In this document: positions 11,099-20,148 of the stretch, in pieces
Layout: every line of letters begins with the position of its first letter
Numbering within the stretch: the first letter of the stretch is position 1
DNA from: Eubacteriales bacterium
Lineage (GTDB): Bacteria; Bacillota; Clostridia; Oscillospirales; JAAYXM01
Assembly: GCA_045649105.1 (NCBI GenBank)
Contig: JAZRPG010000027.1
Coordinates: 16,798-80,797 of the forward strand
Direction of reading: 5' to 3'
Length of the DNA: 64,000 nucleotides
Position numbers and translations under genes: made by a program
Notes under the pieces: generated by a model
Databases searched by the model: none
The model's input: the letters and a program-made list of their open reading frames with translations, nothing else
Told to the model about the DNA's origin: nothing

Positions 11099-11521
11099 AT
11101 GAATGTAGACAGCATAAAAAACGGTATAGTTCTTGACCATATAAAAGCAGGTACAGCTATGGATATATACCACTATCTTGATCTTGATACTCGGGACTGC
11201 ACGATTGCGATTATAAAAAATGTTTCAAGTAAGAATTGTGGTAAAAAAGATATAATCAAAATCGATGAGGAGATAGATATAAATCTTGAGCTTCTCGGAT
11301 ATATCGATAATGAGATTACGGTAAATATCATAAAAGATGGGCAGATTGTAAAGAAATTTCATCCGGAGCTTCCGGAAAAAGTAGAAAATTTCTTGACGTG
11401 TAAGAATCCGCGCTGTATAACATCAACTGAACGTGGCATCAAGCAGATTTTTAAGCTGACGGATAGGGATGCGCGTGTATATCGATGCGCTTATTGTGAG
11501 AGCCCGGCTAAAGGGGAATAA
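11099..11521 (+). CDS. pyrI: aspartate carbamoyltransferase regulatory chain
   Basis: Start is ATG 11099 after GGAGG. C-terminal zinc domain CxxxxC...CxxC (CKNPRC, CAYC). Confidence 0.9.
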   Translation: MNVDSIKNGIVLDHIKAGTAMDIYHYLDLDTRDCTIAIIKNVSSKNCGKKDIIKIDEEIDINLELLGYIDNEITVNIIKDGQIVKKFHPELPEKVENFLTCKNPRCITSTERGIKQIFKLTDRDARVYRCAYCESPAKGE

Positions 11522-11524
11522 GAT

Positions 11525-12034
11525 ATGAGGATTCTTGCTCAGATTGTGGGCATAATTGCGCTTGCGTGTGCTGTTATATCATTTCAGCAGAATGCCCACA
11601 GGCGGATATTGGTGTTTCAACTGATTTCCGGAGTAATATTCGTTATACATTTTCTTATGCTTAATGCATATACCGGAGCGATACTTAATTTAGTCGCTGT
11701 AGTGCGAAGTGTTGTATTCGTAAACAAAGGTAAAAGCTGGGCGGATAATAAAATCTGGCTCGTTATATTCTGTGTATTATCTGTAGCTGTAGGTTTTTTC
11801 ACTTGGAATGGTGTTGCAACACTTTTGCCGATTTGCGGAATGATTTGTACGACGGTGGCGTTCTGGGTTAAATCACCCAAACATGTCCGCCTGATAGCGT
11901 TTCCGAGCTCTCCGCTCTGGCTTGTGTATAATGTTTTGAACAATTCATTTGCAGGGGTAGTAACTGAAGTTATAAACATGTGTTCGATAATAATTGCAAT
12001 GCTGAGATTTGATTACAAAAAAGCAGCGAAATAG
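11525..12034 (+). CDS. YgjV-family inner membrane protein
   Basis: 169 aa with 5-6 TM helices. N-terminal pattern resembles the YgjV family. Confidence 0.55.
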   Translation: MRILAQIVGIIALACAVISFQQNAHRRILVFQLISGVIFVIHFLMLNAYTGAILNLVAVVRSVVFVNKGKSWADNKIWLVIFCVLSVAVGFFTWNGVATLLPICGMICTTVAFWVKSPKHVRLIAFPSSPLWLVYNVLNNSFAGVVTEVINMCSIIIAMLRFDYKKAAK

Positions 12035-12072
12035 AAAAAAGGACTTCATTGTTTTACAATGAAGTCCTTTTT
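12035..12072. terminator. bidirectional intrinsic terminator
   Basis: AAAAAGGACTTCATTG / CAATGAAGTCCTTTTT stem with a 5-nt loop, between convergent genes. Confidence 0.8.
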
Positions 12073-12084
12073 AAAAACTAAAAA

Positions 12085-13263
12085 TCAGACAGAGCGCTTT
12101 AACTCATCAGCCTTATCAAGGCGCTCCCAGGGAAGGTCAAGCTCGGGCCGTCCGAAATGGCCGTATGATGCCGTTTGCAAATATATCGGGCGGCGAAGAT
12201 CAAACTGCTCAATTATTTTTGCGGGGCGCATATCAAAGTGCTCAGTGACTATCCTTGAAAGAGTTTCGTCAGAAATAATTCCTGTGCCGAATGTATCAAC
12301 AAATACAGAAACGGGATTTGCCACTCCGATAGCATACGCAAGCTCAATTTCGCAACGCTCGGCAAGGCCTGCAGCGACAATGTTTTTTGCAATGTATCTC
12401 GCCATATAAGCAGCGGACCTGTCGACCTTTGTTGGGTCCTTACCTGAGAAGCAGCCGCCGCCGTGACGTGCAAAACCGCCATAGGTATCTACGATGATTT
12501 TGCGTCCGGTAAGACCGGAATCTCCTCGGGGACCGCCGACAACGAATCTTCCGGTCGGATTTATAAGGAATTTCGTTTCCGAATCTATGTAGCGCTCCGG
12601 TATGACAGGAAGAATGACATGCTTTTTGACAGCATCACGAAGTGCAGAAAGTGAAATTGTGTCATAATGCTGTGTGGAAACGACAATCGTATCACAGCGC
12701 TTTACTTTGTTGTTTTCATATTCAAAGGTTACCTGTGCCTTGCCGTCAGGGCAGAGAAAGTCAAGTTCACCGGATTTTCTGACACTTGCAAGTCTCTTCG
12801 TAAGGTTGTGCGCAAAGGTAATTGGCGCCGGCATAAGCTCCTTTGTTTCATTACACGCATAGCCGAACATCATACCCTGGTCTCCTGCGCCGATTTTGTC
12901 AGCAAAATCGTGGGGCTTGTCCTTGAACTCGGAAGAGTTGTCAACGCCGAGAGCGATATCAGGTGACTGCTCATCAATAGATGTTATGACGGAGCAAGTC
13001 TGGGAATCAAATCCCATGGCAGGATTGTTATATCCGATATCGAATATTGTTTTGCGAACGGTAGCAGGGATATCTACATAACAATCAGTTGTGATTTCAC
13101 CCATTACAAGAGCCATGCCTGTTGTTACTATGCTCTCGCACGCTACTCTTGCGTTCGGGTCATGCTCAATGATTGCATCAAGAATAGAATCGGAAATCTG
13201 GTCACATACCTTATCGGGATGTCCCTCGGTTACCGATTCGGAAGTAAATTTAAATAAAGACAT
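12085..13263 (-). CDS. metK: S-adenosylmethionine synthetase
   Basis: [21 protein letters not shown]-terminus and GGGAFSGKD-like GGGCFSGKD motif. Real start is M22 of the track ORF, with a GGAGA SD upstream. Confidence 0.97.
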   Translation of the reverse strand: MSLFKFTSESVTEGHPDKVCDQISDSILDAIIEHDPNARVACESIVTTGMALVMGEITTDCYVDIPATVRKTIFDIGYNNPAMGFDSQTCSVITSIDEQSPDIALGVDNSSEFKDKPHDFADKIGAGDQGMMFGYACNETKELMPAPITFAHNLTKRLASVRKSGELDFLCPDGKAQVTFEYENNKVKRCDTIVVSTQHYDTISLSALRDAVKKHVILPVIPERYIDSETKFLINPTGRFVVGGPRGDSGLTGRKIIVDTYGGFARHGGGCFSGKDPTKVDRSAAYMARYIAKNIVAAGLAERCEIELAYAIGVANPVSVFVDTFGTGIISDETLSRIVTEHFDMRPAKIIEQFDLRRPIYLQTASYGHFGRPELDLPWERLDKADELKRSV

Positions 13264-13293
13264 AATTCTATCTCCAAACATTTGTTTTTCTAT

Positions 13294-13323
13294 ATAATAT
13301 AACATATAGAACGAAAAAGTCAA
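13294..13323 (-). promoter_or_regulatory. putative metK promoter
   Basis: On the minus strand: TTGACT, 18 nt, TATTAT. This leaves only a ~25-nt leader. Confidence 0.45.
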
Positions 13324-13429
13324 CATACGCGAGAGATTTAAAGATTTGGTTAGTGCGATTTATTTTTAATGTTTCGACATTTTTTTAATGGAAAACTATG
13401 TTGAAAAAAGGTGTTTATTCTTTATTTGG

Positions 13430-13458
13430 TTGAATATAGTACGGAGATGTGCTATAAT
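13430..13458 (+). promoter_or_regulatory. putative promoter of the ATP-grasp gene
   Basis: TTGAAT, 17 nt, TATAAT, followed by a ~125-nt AT-rich leader. Confidence 0.5.
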
Positions 13459-13590
13459 AAATATACAATTAAAGGGAAGGATTTGTGGCTAACTATAATT
13501 TTTTTAATGATTTATTGTAGATTTTGTTGGCAGTAAATTCTATGATACACGAAATGTCAGGGATAATAAAATCTCTATGGAGGTAAAAAA

Positions 13591-14817
13591 ATGAACGTGC
13601 TTGTTTTGGCAGGAGGGTTTCCGCAGATAGCGCTTATAAAGGAATTGAAAAACAGGGGCTACAGAGTAATACTTGCAGATTATAATAAAGAACCGGTTGC
13701 AAAGAAGTATGCAGATGTTTTTTATCAGATTTCCACTCTTGATATTGATGCAGTAGAAGGTGTTGCGAAAAAAGAAAAAGTCAAGTTTTTAGTTACTGCC
13801 TGCACGGATCAGGCTTTGCACACTGTTGCAAAAGTGTCTGAAAACCTGGGTCTTCCATGCTATATAGATTATAAAACTGCCTTAAATGTAACCAATAAGG
13901 CATATATGAAAAAAGTTTTTAATGAATACGATATTTCTACCGCAAAGCACATAATTCTCGGTGAACTGGATTTGGACATGATTAAAGATATGAAATATCC
14001 GCTTATAGTTAAACCTGTGGATTGTAACAGTTCAAAAGGGGTTAAAAAGGTTGAAAACGAGAAAGAGCTCAAAGATGCTTTTTCTGATGCTGTCAGATTC
14101 AGTCGTACAGATACTGCTGTAATAGAAGAATTTGTGTCAGGAACAGAGGTTAGTGTTGATGTATATATAGAAGATGGAAAAGCGCATATACTTTCCACAT
14201 CCAGACTGGATAAAATAAAAGATAAGGATAAGTTTGTAATATACAGAGGATGTTTTCCTGCAGCTGAAGCTGAATCGGTTATGGATAAAATTCAGGATAC
14301 CGCACAGAAAATAGCAGATGCATTTAAACTTAAAAATTCCCCTATGTTAATTCAACTTATAACCGATGGAAAGGAAGTTTATGTTCTTGAATTCAGTGCG
14401 AGGACAGGTGGAGGGATTAAGTTTCTGCTTATAAATAAAGCCTGCGGATTTGATGTTATAAAGGCTGTTGTAGACCTTACCGAAGGAAAAAAACCTCATG
14501 TAGAAAAGAGTTTACCTGAAGATAAGATTATGATAAACACTTTTGTATACTGTAAAAAAGGAATATTTGACCATCTCGAAGGCTTTGATGAAATGATTAA
14601 AGCGGGTGCCATGAAAGAATACTATATATTTAAATGGAAGGGCGCTGAATTTGATGATGTAAAAAGCAGTGGAGATAGAGTTGCCGGATATCTTGTGGCC
14701 GGAAACTCAATGGATGAGATAAAAGAAAAATACAGGAAGGTAGCTGAAAATATAAAGGTAATTGATGTGGCAGGGAATGATATTTTGCGTCATGACCTTA
14801 TAGAAAATATTGATTAA
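13591..14817 (+). CDS. ATP-grasp domain ligase, substrate unknown
   Basis: 408 aa with a pre-ATP-grasp Rossmann-like N-terminus (VLVLAGGFPQIALIKELKNRGYRVILAD), a central YPLIVKPVDCNSSKGV motif and LEFSARTGGG. Strong GGAGG SD. Confidence 0.7.
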   Translation: MNVLVLAGGFPQIALIKELKNRGYRVILADYNKEPVAKKYADVFYQISTLDIDAVEGVAKKEKVKFLVTACTDQALHTVAKVSENLGLPCYIDYKTALNVTNKAYMKKVFNEYDISTAKHIILGELDLDMIKDMKYPLIVKPVDCNSSKGVKKVENEKELKDAFSDAVRFSRTDTAVIEEFVSGTEVSVDVYIEDGKAHILSTSRLDKIKDKDKFVIYRGCFPAAEAESVMDKIQDTAQKIADAFKLKNSPMLIQLITDGKEVYVLEFSARTGGGIKFLLINKACGFDVIKAVVDLTEGKKPHVEKSLPEDKIMINTFVYCKKGIFDHLEGFDEMIKAGAMKEYYIFKWKGAEFDDVKSSGDRVAGYLVAGNSMDEIKEKYRKVAENIKVIDVAGNDILRHDLIENID

Positions 14818-14820
14818 AAG

Positions 14821-14849
14821 AAAAAGGGACTGTAAAGTCCCCTTTTTTT
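14821..14849. terminator. bidirectional intrinsic terminator
   Basis: GGGACT / AGTCCC stem flanked by A- and T-runs, between convergent genes. Confidence 0.7.
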
Positions 14850-14856
14850 GTAAGTA

Positions 14857-15753
14857 TTAGCTTTTTAAAATATCAATTGCATATTTCGCATATTCCGATA
14901 AATACTGACCGCGACGTGTTATGATTGCAGGTTGGCGTACATTTAAATCACACTTTGGAATAAATAGCCTTGTTGTATTGTTGTTTTCTACGCTGTTTAT
15001 AAACTGCAACGGTAATAAGGTTGCTCCAATTCCGGCGCGAGTCATTGCCCATGCAGTAGCGAGTCCGATAACCTCTGTTGCTATACGGGGGCGTATATCT
15101 GATTCACGGCAAATTTTTTCAAAGAGGATACGCATTTCTTGTGTTTTGCTTGCGACAACAAATGGAAGATTTTCGCAATGCTTAAAATCTATTTCGGATA
15201 AATTATTTCCGGTTTTACAATTTAACAGTGAAAGCATGTTTTCAGGAACTGCAAGAACAAGTTTATCCTGTTCAATAGGGTCTGCAGACAGAATTGATTC
15301 ATCTACAGGCAGATTTGCTATTGCAAAATCGAATTTTCCGTCTGCAGCCATTTTTCTTAAATTATCGCTTGAATCTTCATGCAGAACGATTTTGACATCA
15401 GGATATTTATTCCTGATTTTTTTTAAAAGCTCCGGCATTAAATATAATGCACGAAATGGAGAAATTCCTATTGTGAGGTTGCCGAATTTACCGGAAGCAA
15501 AATTCTCCATAGAACTGTACAGCTGTTTTTCTTTATATAATAACTCTTTTGCTTCTTTAAAAAAATATTCTCCGGCGGCAGTCAGCTTTATAGGTGTCTG
15601 ATTTCTGTCAAACAGTATAGCGCCTATATTTTTTTCAAGATTTGAAATCTGTTTACTTAATGCAGGCTGAGAAATTCCAAACTTTTCAGCTACATTCGAA
15701 AAATTAAGAGACTCAGAAAGCTCAATGGCATATTCTAATTGTTTGTTATTCAC
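14857..15753 (-). CDS. LysR-family transcriptional regulator
   Basis: N-terminal HTH (LEYAIELSESLNFSNVAEKFGISQPALSKQISNLE) plus a LysR substrate-binding domain of typical length. Confidence 0.9.
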   Translation of the reverse strand: MNNKQLEYAIELSESLNFSNVAEKFGISQPALSKQISNLEKNIGAILFDRNQTPIKLTAAGEYFFKEAKELLYKEKQLYSSMENFASGKFGNLTIGISPFRALYLMPELLKKIRNKYPDVKIVLHEDSSDNLRKMAADGKFDFAIANLPVDESILSADPIEQDKLVLAVPENMLSLLNCKTGNNLSEIDFKHCENLPFVVASKTQEMRILFEKICRESDIRPRIATEVIGLATAWAMTRAGIGATLLPLQFINSVENNNTTRLFIPKCDLNVRQPAIITRRGQYLSEYAKYAIDILKS

Positions 15754-15831
15754 TTTTTCACATCCTCTACTATGGTTATATAATACTCCTTGAAAGGGAT
15801 TTTTTCAAGAATTTTTTATCAATAAAAAGTA

Positions 15832-15859
15832 TTGACAAATTTTATAATGAGTGTATAAT
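15832..15859 (+). promoter_or_regulatory. putative promoter of the DctM-like permease gene
   Basis: TTGACA, 16 nt, TATAAT. Divergent from the LysR gene. Confidence 0.55.
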
Positions 15860-15861
15860 AA

Positions 15862-15896
15862 AACCAAAAGGATATCGAGATTATAACCTTTTGGTT
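15862..15896 (+). promoter_or_regulatory. 10-bp inverted repeat at or near the transcription start; candidate LysR operator
   Basis: AACCAAAAGG, 15 nt, CCTTTTGGTT, immediately downstream of the -10 element. Confidence 0.4.
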
Positions 15897-15934
15897 AAAT
15901 GAATGATAGGGATTTTTGTGAAAGGAGAATAACG

Positions 15935-17293
15935 ATGCCAACATCACTTATGTATCTTGCAATTATGCTGGTTGTGATAATAATTTGGTTTATTTTTGTC
16001 AAAAGACCTGTATATGAAGCGGTATTGTTAAGTTTCTTTATACTTTTGACTATTTCGGGCAACTGGGGAAATATATGGATTTACATAAATGATGCACTGT
16101 CAACATCGCTTTTGTATTCAATGGTTGCATTTGTTGCTATGTCAGTATTGCTTACAAAAACAAAAGTGGTTGACAGCTGTATTTCCGTGATTTTATCGTT
16201 AATAGGAAGATTAAGAGGCGGTGCCGGTTATGCCGCAATTGTTGCAAGTGCCTTTATGGGTGCGTTATCAGGTTCGGGACCCGGAAATGTAATGGCAACC
16301 GGGGCTATCACTATTCCTGCAATGAAACGTTCGGGATTTCCGCCTGAACTTGCTGCGAATATTGAAAGTAATGCGAGTTATATGGGCAATATGATACCTC
16401 CTTCGTCAAATATAGTTGCGGCTCTTGGTGCATATTTAGCTTTATATCCCGATTCAAATATGACCACAGGTCAGTTCTGGATTGTTCTTTGGGGAATATC
16501 TATTTGGTTTATTGTTCAGAGAGTGGCTATGGTTTGGGGTTTTTGTAAATATTATAATGTTCAGCCTATGAAAAAAGAAGAGGTTCCTTCTGTTAAGGAA
16601 ACTATTAAGAACGGCTGGCAGGGAATGTTTTTACCGATTATAATTTTATTACCTTTTTTACTTGACTATCTTTTTAAAGATAATTTCTTTACTGCACGTC
16701 TTGGAGAGCAGGGGGCAAAATACTTATCAAGCTCGCTTCTTATTTTTGTTGGTGGCATTTCGTCTATTTATGCCTGTCTTATCGCAAAAGATAAAAAACA
16801 GGTATCAATTAATAATCTTGCCAAAATGTTCAGTGGTGCAATAAAATCCATTGCCCCGACGATTGGAGTTTGCGTGTTTGGCTATATGATTGGTTCGCTT
16901 TTTGCCGAACTTAATGTAGCTGAAGAATTAGGTGGAATTATCGCAAGTTGGAATTTTGGAAAATTGGGAACCGTAACTGCAGTTTGTGCAATAACCTGTT
17001 TTATGGGGATGGTTATTCCGGGTTCATCCCTTGTTGTAATTTTTGGGTCAGCATTTATTGTGGTACTTACAAGTGTTGGTTGTAATCCTGTATTAGTTGC
17101 GGCAATGCTTCCTTGTATTTGCGGAGTTATGTGTGGTATTACACCGCCGCTTGGTTTAGGTATGTATGCCGGTATGACTTTAGCTGAATCTGATTTTACC
17201 AAAACCTTCAATAATAATTTGTGGTGGGTTGCTGCTCAATTCGTTTTAGAGGTAATTGTTCTTATGGGTTGGCTTCCTATATTGGGACTTTAA
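15935..17293 (+). CDS. TRAP-transporter DctM-like large permease (orphan)
   Basis: Polytopic membrane protein whose motif ALSGSGPGNVMATGAITIPAMKRSGF resembles DctM. Start is ATG 15935 after AAAGGAG. Confidence 0.7.
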   Translation: MPTSLMYLAIMLVVIIIWFIFVKRPVYEAVLLSFFILLTISGNWGNIWIYINDALSTSLLYSMVAFVAMSVLLTKTKVVDSCISVILSLIGRLRGGAGYAAIVASAFMGALSGSGPGNVMATGAITIPAMKRSGFPPELAANIESNASYMGNMIPPSSNIVAALGAYLALYPDSNMTTGQFWIVLWGISIWFIVQRVAMVWGFCKYYNVQPMKKEEVPSVKETIKNGWQGMFLPIIILLPFLLDYLFKDNFFTARLGEQGAKYLSSSLLIFVGGISSIYACLIAKDKKQVSINNLAKMFSGAIKSIAPTIGVCVFGYMIGSLFAELNVAEELGGIIASWNFGKLGTVTAVCAITCFMGMVIPGSSLVVIFGSAFIVVLTSVGCNPVLVAAMLPCICGVMCGITPPLGLGMYAGMTLAESDFTKTFNNNLWWVAAQFVLEVIVLMGWLPILGL

Positions 17294-17307
17294 TGGGTGG
17301 TATAAAT

Positions 17308-17583
17308 ATGAAAAATATTTTAAAAAAAATATCATCATTTCTCCGTACAGTTTTCGGGTACGGGATTATGATTTCATTGTTTCTTGGTGCAGCGGGCTTT
17401 TTTGGATATGTGGCAGCACTTATCGTAGGCGGAGATACTGCAGCAGAAATATGTAAATTTATATATAAATCATTTTATCCTTTAGTTATTAAATTATCAG
17501 TTGTTATGGTATTGTTGGGCCTTGTTGCAATGTATTTAAACGGAGAAGTTTCGCTGACTGTCAGCAACAAAAATAAAAAATAA
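17308..17583 (+). CDS. small two-TM membrane protein, possible permease partner
   Basis: 91 aa with a GGGTGG SD 7 nt upstream. Starts 14 nt after the permease stop. Confidence 0.5.
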   Translation: MKNILKKISSFLRTVFGYGIMISLFLGAAGFFGYVAALIVGGDTAAEICKFIYKSFYPLVIKLSVVMVLLGLVAMYLNGEVSLTVSNKNKK

Positions 17584-17685
17584 CAATAACTTAATACACA
17601 TTAAAAACAGTAACAAAAGCAAGTTGCATTTGTTGCTGTTTTATATTAGAATGATTTTATAAATAGCAAAAAGGAAAGAACGGTA

Positions 17686-18270
17686 ATGTCGAAAAAGAGA
17701 GAAAGAAATACAAAAGGCAGAATTATCAATGCGGCGTGGGATTTGTTTTATGAGCAGGGGTACGAATACACGACCGTAGAGGAGATTATTGAAAAATCAG
17801 GAACCTCGAAAGGTTCGTTTTATCATTATTTCGAGGGTAAGGATGAGCTTCTCAGCTCTCTCTCGTATATGTTTGATGAAAAATACGAGGAGCTTATGAA
17901 GCAATTGCGGCCCGAAATGCACAGCTTTGATAAGCTTATGTTTTTAAACAGGGAGCTGTTTTTTATGATAGAAAACAGTATTTCGCTTGACCTGCTTGCA
18001 AAGCTTTACTCATCCCAGCTTACCACAAAGAGAGAGAGGCATCTTCTGGACCATAACAGGATATATTATAAGCTTTTGCGCACTATTTTTTCTGAGGGAC
18101 AAGAGAAAGGCGAAATTACAAAAGAGCTTTCCGTAAATGAATTGGTGCGGGTGTATGCTCTTTGTGAACGAGCGTTTTTATATGACTGGTGTTTGAGTAA
18201 CGGTGATTACTCGCTTACTAAGTATGCGGGCGAAATGTTTCCTAAATTTTTAGAAAAATTTAAGAATTAA
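17686..18270 (+). CDS. TetR/AcrR-family transcriptional regulator
   Basis: N-terminal HTH (RIINAAWDLFYEQGYEYTTVEEIIEKSGTSKGSFYHYF). Confidence 0.9.
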   Translation: MSKKRERNTKGRIINAAWDLFYEQGYEYTTVEEIIEKSGTSKGSFYHYFEGKDELLSSLSYMFDEKYEELMKQLRPEMHSFDKLMFLNRELFFMIENSISLDLLAKLYSSQLTTKRERHLLDHNRIYYKLLRTIFSEGQEKGEITKELSVNELVRVYALCERAFLYDWCLSNGDYSLTKYAGEMFPKFLEKFKN

Positions 18271-18346
18271 TTTTGTTATATATTTTCGTTTCCAAAACAG
18301 TACATATAGAAAATACATTATTAACAAAGATAACACGGCATATACA

Positions 18347-18382
18347 AGAACAAAGTACAGAATATATTCTGTACTTTGTTCT
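18347..18382. repeat. perfect 36-bp palindrome
   Basis: AGAACAAAGTACAGAATAT|ATATTCTGTACTTTGTTCT. Ends 2 bp before the putP -35 element and has no U-tract after it. Confidence 0.9.
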
Positions 18383-18384
18383 GT

Positions 18385-18414
18385 ATTGCGTTCCGGTAAA
18401 AAGTATGTTATAAT
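18385..18414 (+). promoter_or_regulatory. putative putP promoter with extended -10
   Basis: TTGCGT, 18 nt, TGtTATAAT. Confidence 0.5.
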
Positions 18415-18456
18415 TCCTCATAAATTAACAAAAAATCGGAAAGGAGAATATTCTTC

Positions 18457-19992
18457 ATGGATATTTTGGCATTTTCACTTTATTTTGTAGCAATGATCGC
18501 GATAGGTATTTACTTTTTCTGCAAATCAAAAGCTCAAAATGAGAAGGACTATTTCCTTGGCGGACGCGCTATGGGTCCTTGGGTAACTGCGATGAGTGCG
18601 CAGGCATCGGATATGAGTGCCTGGCTTTTGATGGGTCTTCCCGGAAGTATTCTTGCATTTGGCTTCGGGCAGGCGTGGATTGGTATCGGACTTGCAATCG
18701 GTACGGCGGCTAACTGGATTTTAGTTGCAAAAAGACTTCGCAAGTTTTCAAAAGCAGCGGGGGATGCTATTACACTGCCTCAGTACCTTTCTAACAGGTT
18801 TCTGACAAAGAGTCATGCTGTAAGTATTATTTGTGCAGCTGTATTCCTTGTGTGCTTTACAATTTATGTTGCATCTGCTTTTGTTGCAGGTGCTGATGTG
18901 TTCACAACACTGGTTCCCGCGCTTTCGAGAACAACGGCAATGATTATTTTTGCAGCAATTGTTTTGTTGTATACATTCCTTGGCGGCTTTAATGCTGTTT
19001 GCTGGACGGACTTCTTCCAGGGACTTCTGATGCTCGCTGCACTTTTGATTGTCCCTATTGTTATTGCCTTTACAAAAAAATTAGATGTTGCGGCTCTTTC
19101 TACTGTTTACACAGGGCCTTCCGGTGAAGAGTTTAAGTTTGTGGCAAGCTTTATGAATGCAAGCTGGAAAGATGTGATTTCAGGTCTTGGCTGGGGACTG
19201 GGCTATTTCGGCATGCCGCACATCATTGTAAGGTTTATGGCTATTGAGAAACCATCTATGGTTAAAAGGTCCGCAACAGTCGCGATAATATGGGTTGTTC
19301 TTTCTCTTGGTGCTGCAATTGTAATTTCGTATCTCGGAAGAATGTTTGTGTACGCAGACGGAACGGACCTTTCTGCAGTGCTTTTGAGTCAGGGTAAGCA
19401 GTCGCTTATATTTGTCGAGCTTGCTCGTGATGTTTTCCCTGCGTTTATAGCCGGTCTGTTGCTTGCAGCTATTATTGCGGCAAGTATGTCAACGGCAGAT
19501 TCTCAGCTTCTGGTTGCGGCATCATCTTTTGCAAGTGACCTTTACAAGCCTATTATAAGAAAAAATGCATCCAATAAGGAAATGCTTTGGATAAGCCGTT
19601 TGGTTGTAATCGTTATTGCAGTCATAGCCTTCTTTATTGCAAACAGTAAGGGTAAGGCAGCACAGGCGATTATGGATCTGGTATCCAATGCGTGGGGTAT
19701 TTTCGGTGCGGCGTTTGGTCCTGCGGTATTAATGTCGCTCTTCTGGAAACGCTTTACATACAAGGGTGCCGTTGCAGGCATTATAGTAGGTGCTTTGGTT
19801 GATATGCTCTGGCTGTGGTTGCCTGTTGCAAATGGCATGGCTCTTACGGCGATAACAGGTATATATGAAATTATTCCGGGCTTTATCCTTGGTGGGCTGG
19901 CAGCTATTATAGTAACTCTTGCTGATAAGGCTCCTTCTGCAGAGGTCGAGGCTATTTTCATTAAGGCAACAGATAACAGTATTGATGATTAA
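18457..19992 (+). CDS. putP: sodium/proline symporter (SSS family)
   Basis: 511 aa, ~13 TM helices, with DYFLGGR near the N-terminus and SSS-family motifs. Confidence 0.85.
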   Translation: MDILAFSLYFVAMIAIGIYFFCKSKAQNEKDYFLGGRAMGPWVTAMSAQASDMSAWLLMGLPGSILAFGFGQAWIGIGLAIGTAANWILVAKRLRKFSKAAGDAITLPQYLSNRFLTKSHAVSIICAAVFLVCFTIYVASAFVAGADVFTTLVPALSRTTAMIIFAAIVLLYTFLGGFNAVCWTDFFQGLLMLAALLIVPIVIAFTKKLDVAALSTVYTGPSGEEFKFVASFMNASWKDVISGLGWGLGYFGMPHIIVRFMAIEKPSMVKRSATVAIIWVVLSLGAAIVISYLGRMFVYADGTDLSAVLLSQGKQSLIFVELARDVFPAFIAGLLLAAIIAASMSTADSQLLVAASSFASDLYKPIIRKNASNKEMLWISRLVVIVIAVIAFFIANSKGKAAQAIMDLVSNAWGIFGAAFGPAVLMSLFWKRFTYKGAVAGIIVGALVDMLWLWLPVANGMALTAITGIYEIIPGFILGGLAAIIVTLADKAPSAEVEAIFIKATDNSIDD

Positions 19993-20012
19993 TTACTTGT
20001 AAAAATTTATAT

Positions 20013-20060
20013 AAGAAAAATGACAATTTATGAAAATTAAATTGTCATTTTTCTTTTTTT
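20013..20060 (+). terminator. intrinsic terminator after putP
   Basis: 18-bp AT-rich stem AAGAAAAATGACAATTTA / TAAATTGTCATTTTTCTT followed by a T-run. Confidence 0.7.
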
Positions 20061-20148
20061 ATAGTATAATATTTTTTATTGAGTCGGACTTGGCTGAGTT
20101 GAGTAAACTCAGCAATTAAAAAAGATTTTTCCGAAAGGATGATATATT

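Noticed and set aside
12059-13297. Several 60-116-aa plus-strand ORFs opposite metK.
   Set aside because: They are antisense to a highly conserved metK frame and begin inside the bidirectional terminator. They show no coding signatures.
13264-13330. Expected SAM-I (S-box) riboswitch upstream of metK.
   Set aside because: The putative promoter leaves only a ~25-nt leader. The AT-rich upstream region shows none of the conserved S-box helices or GC-rich core. The call would still need cmsearch (RF00162) to be formal.
20070-20148. 8-bp hairpin GCTGAGTT-GAGTA-AACTCAGC in the argH leader, as a possible attenuator or ARG box.
   Set aside because: The stem is short with no U-tract, and it does not resemble the ARG-box consensus as far as I can recall. 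The evidence is too weak to call.
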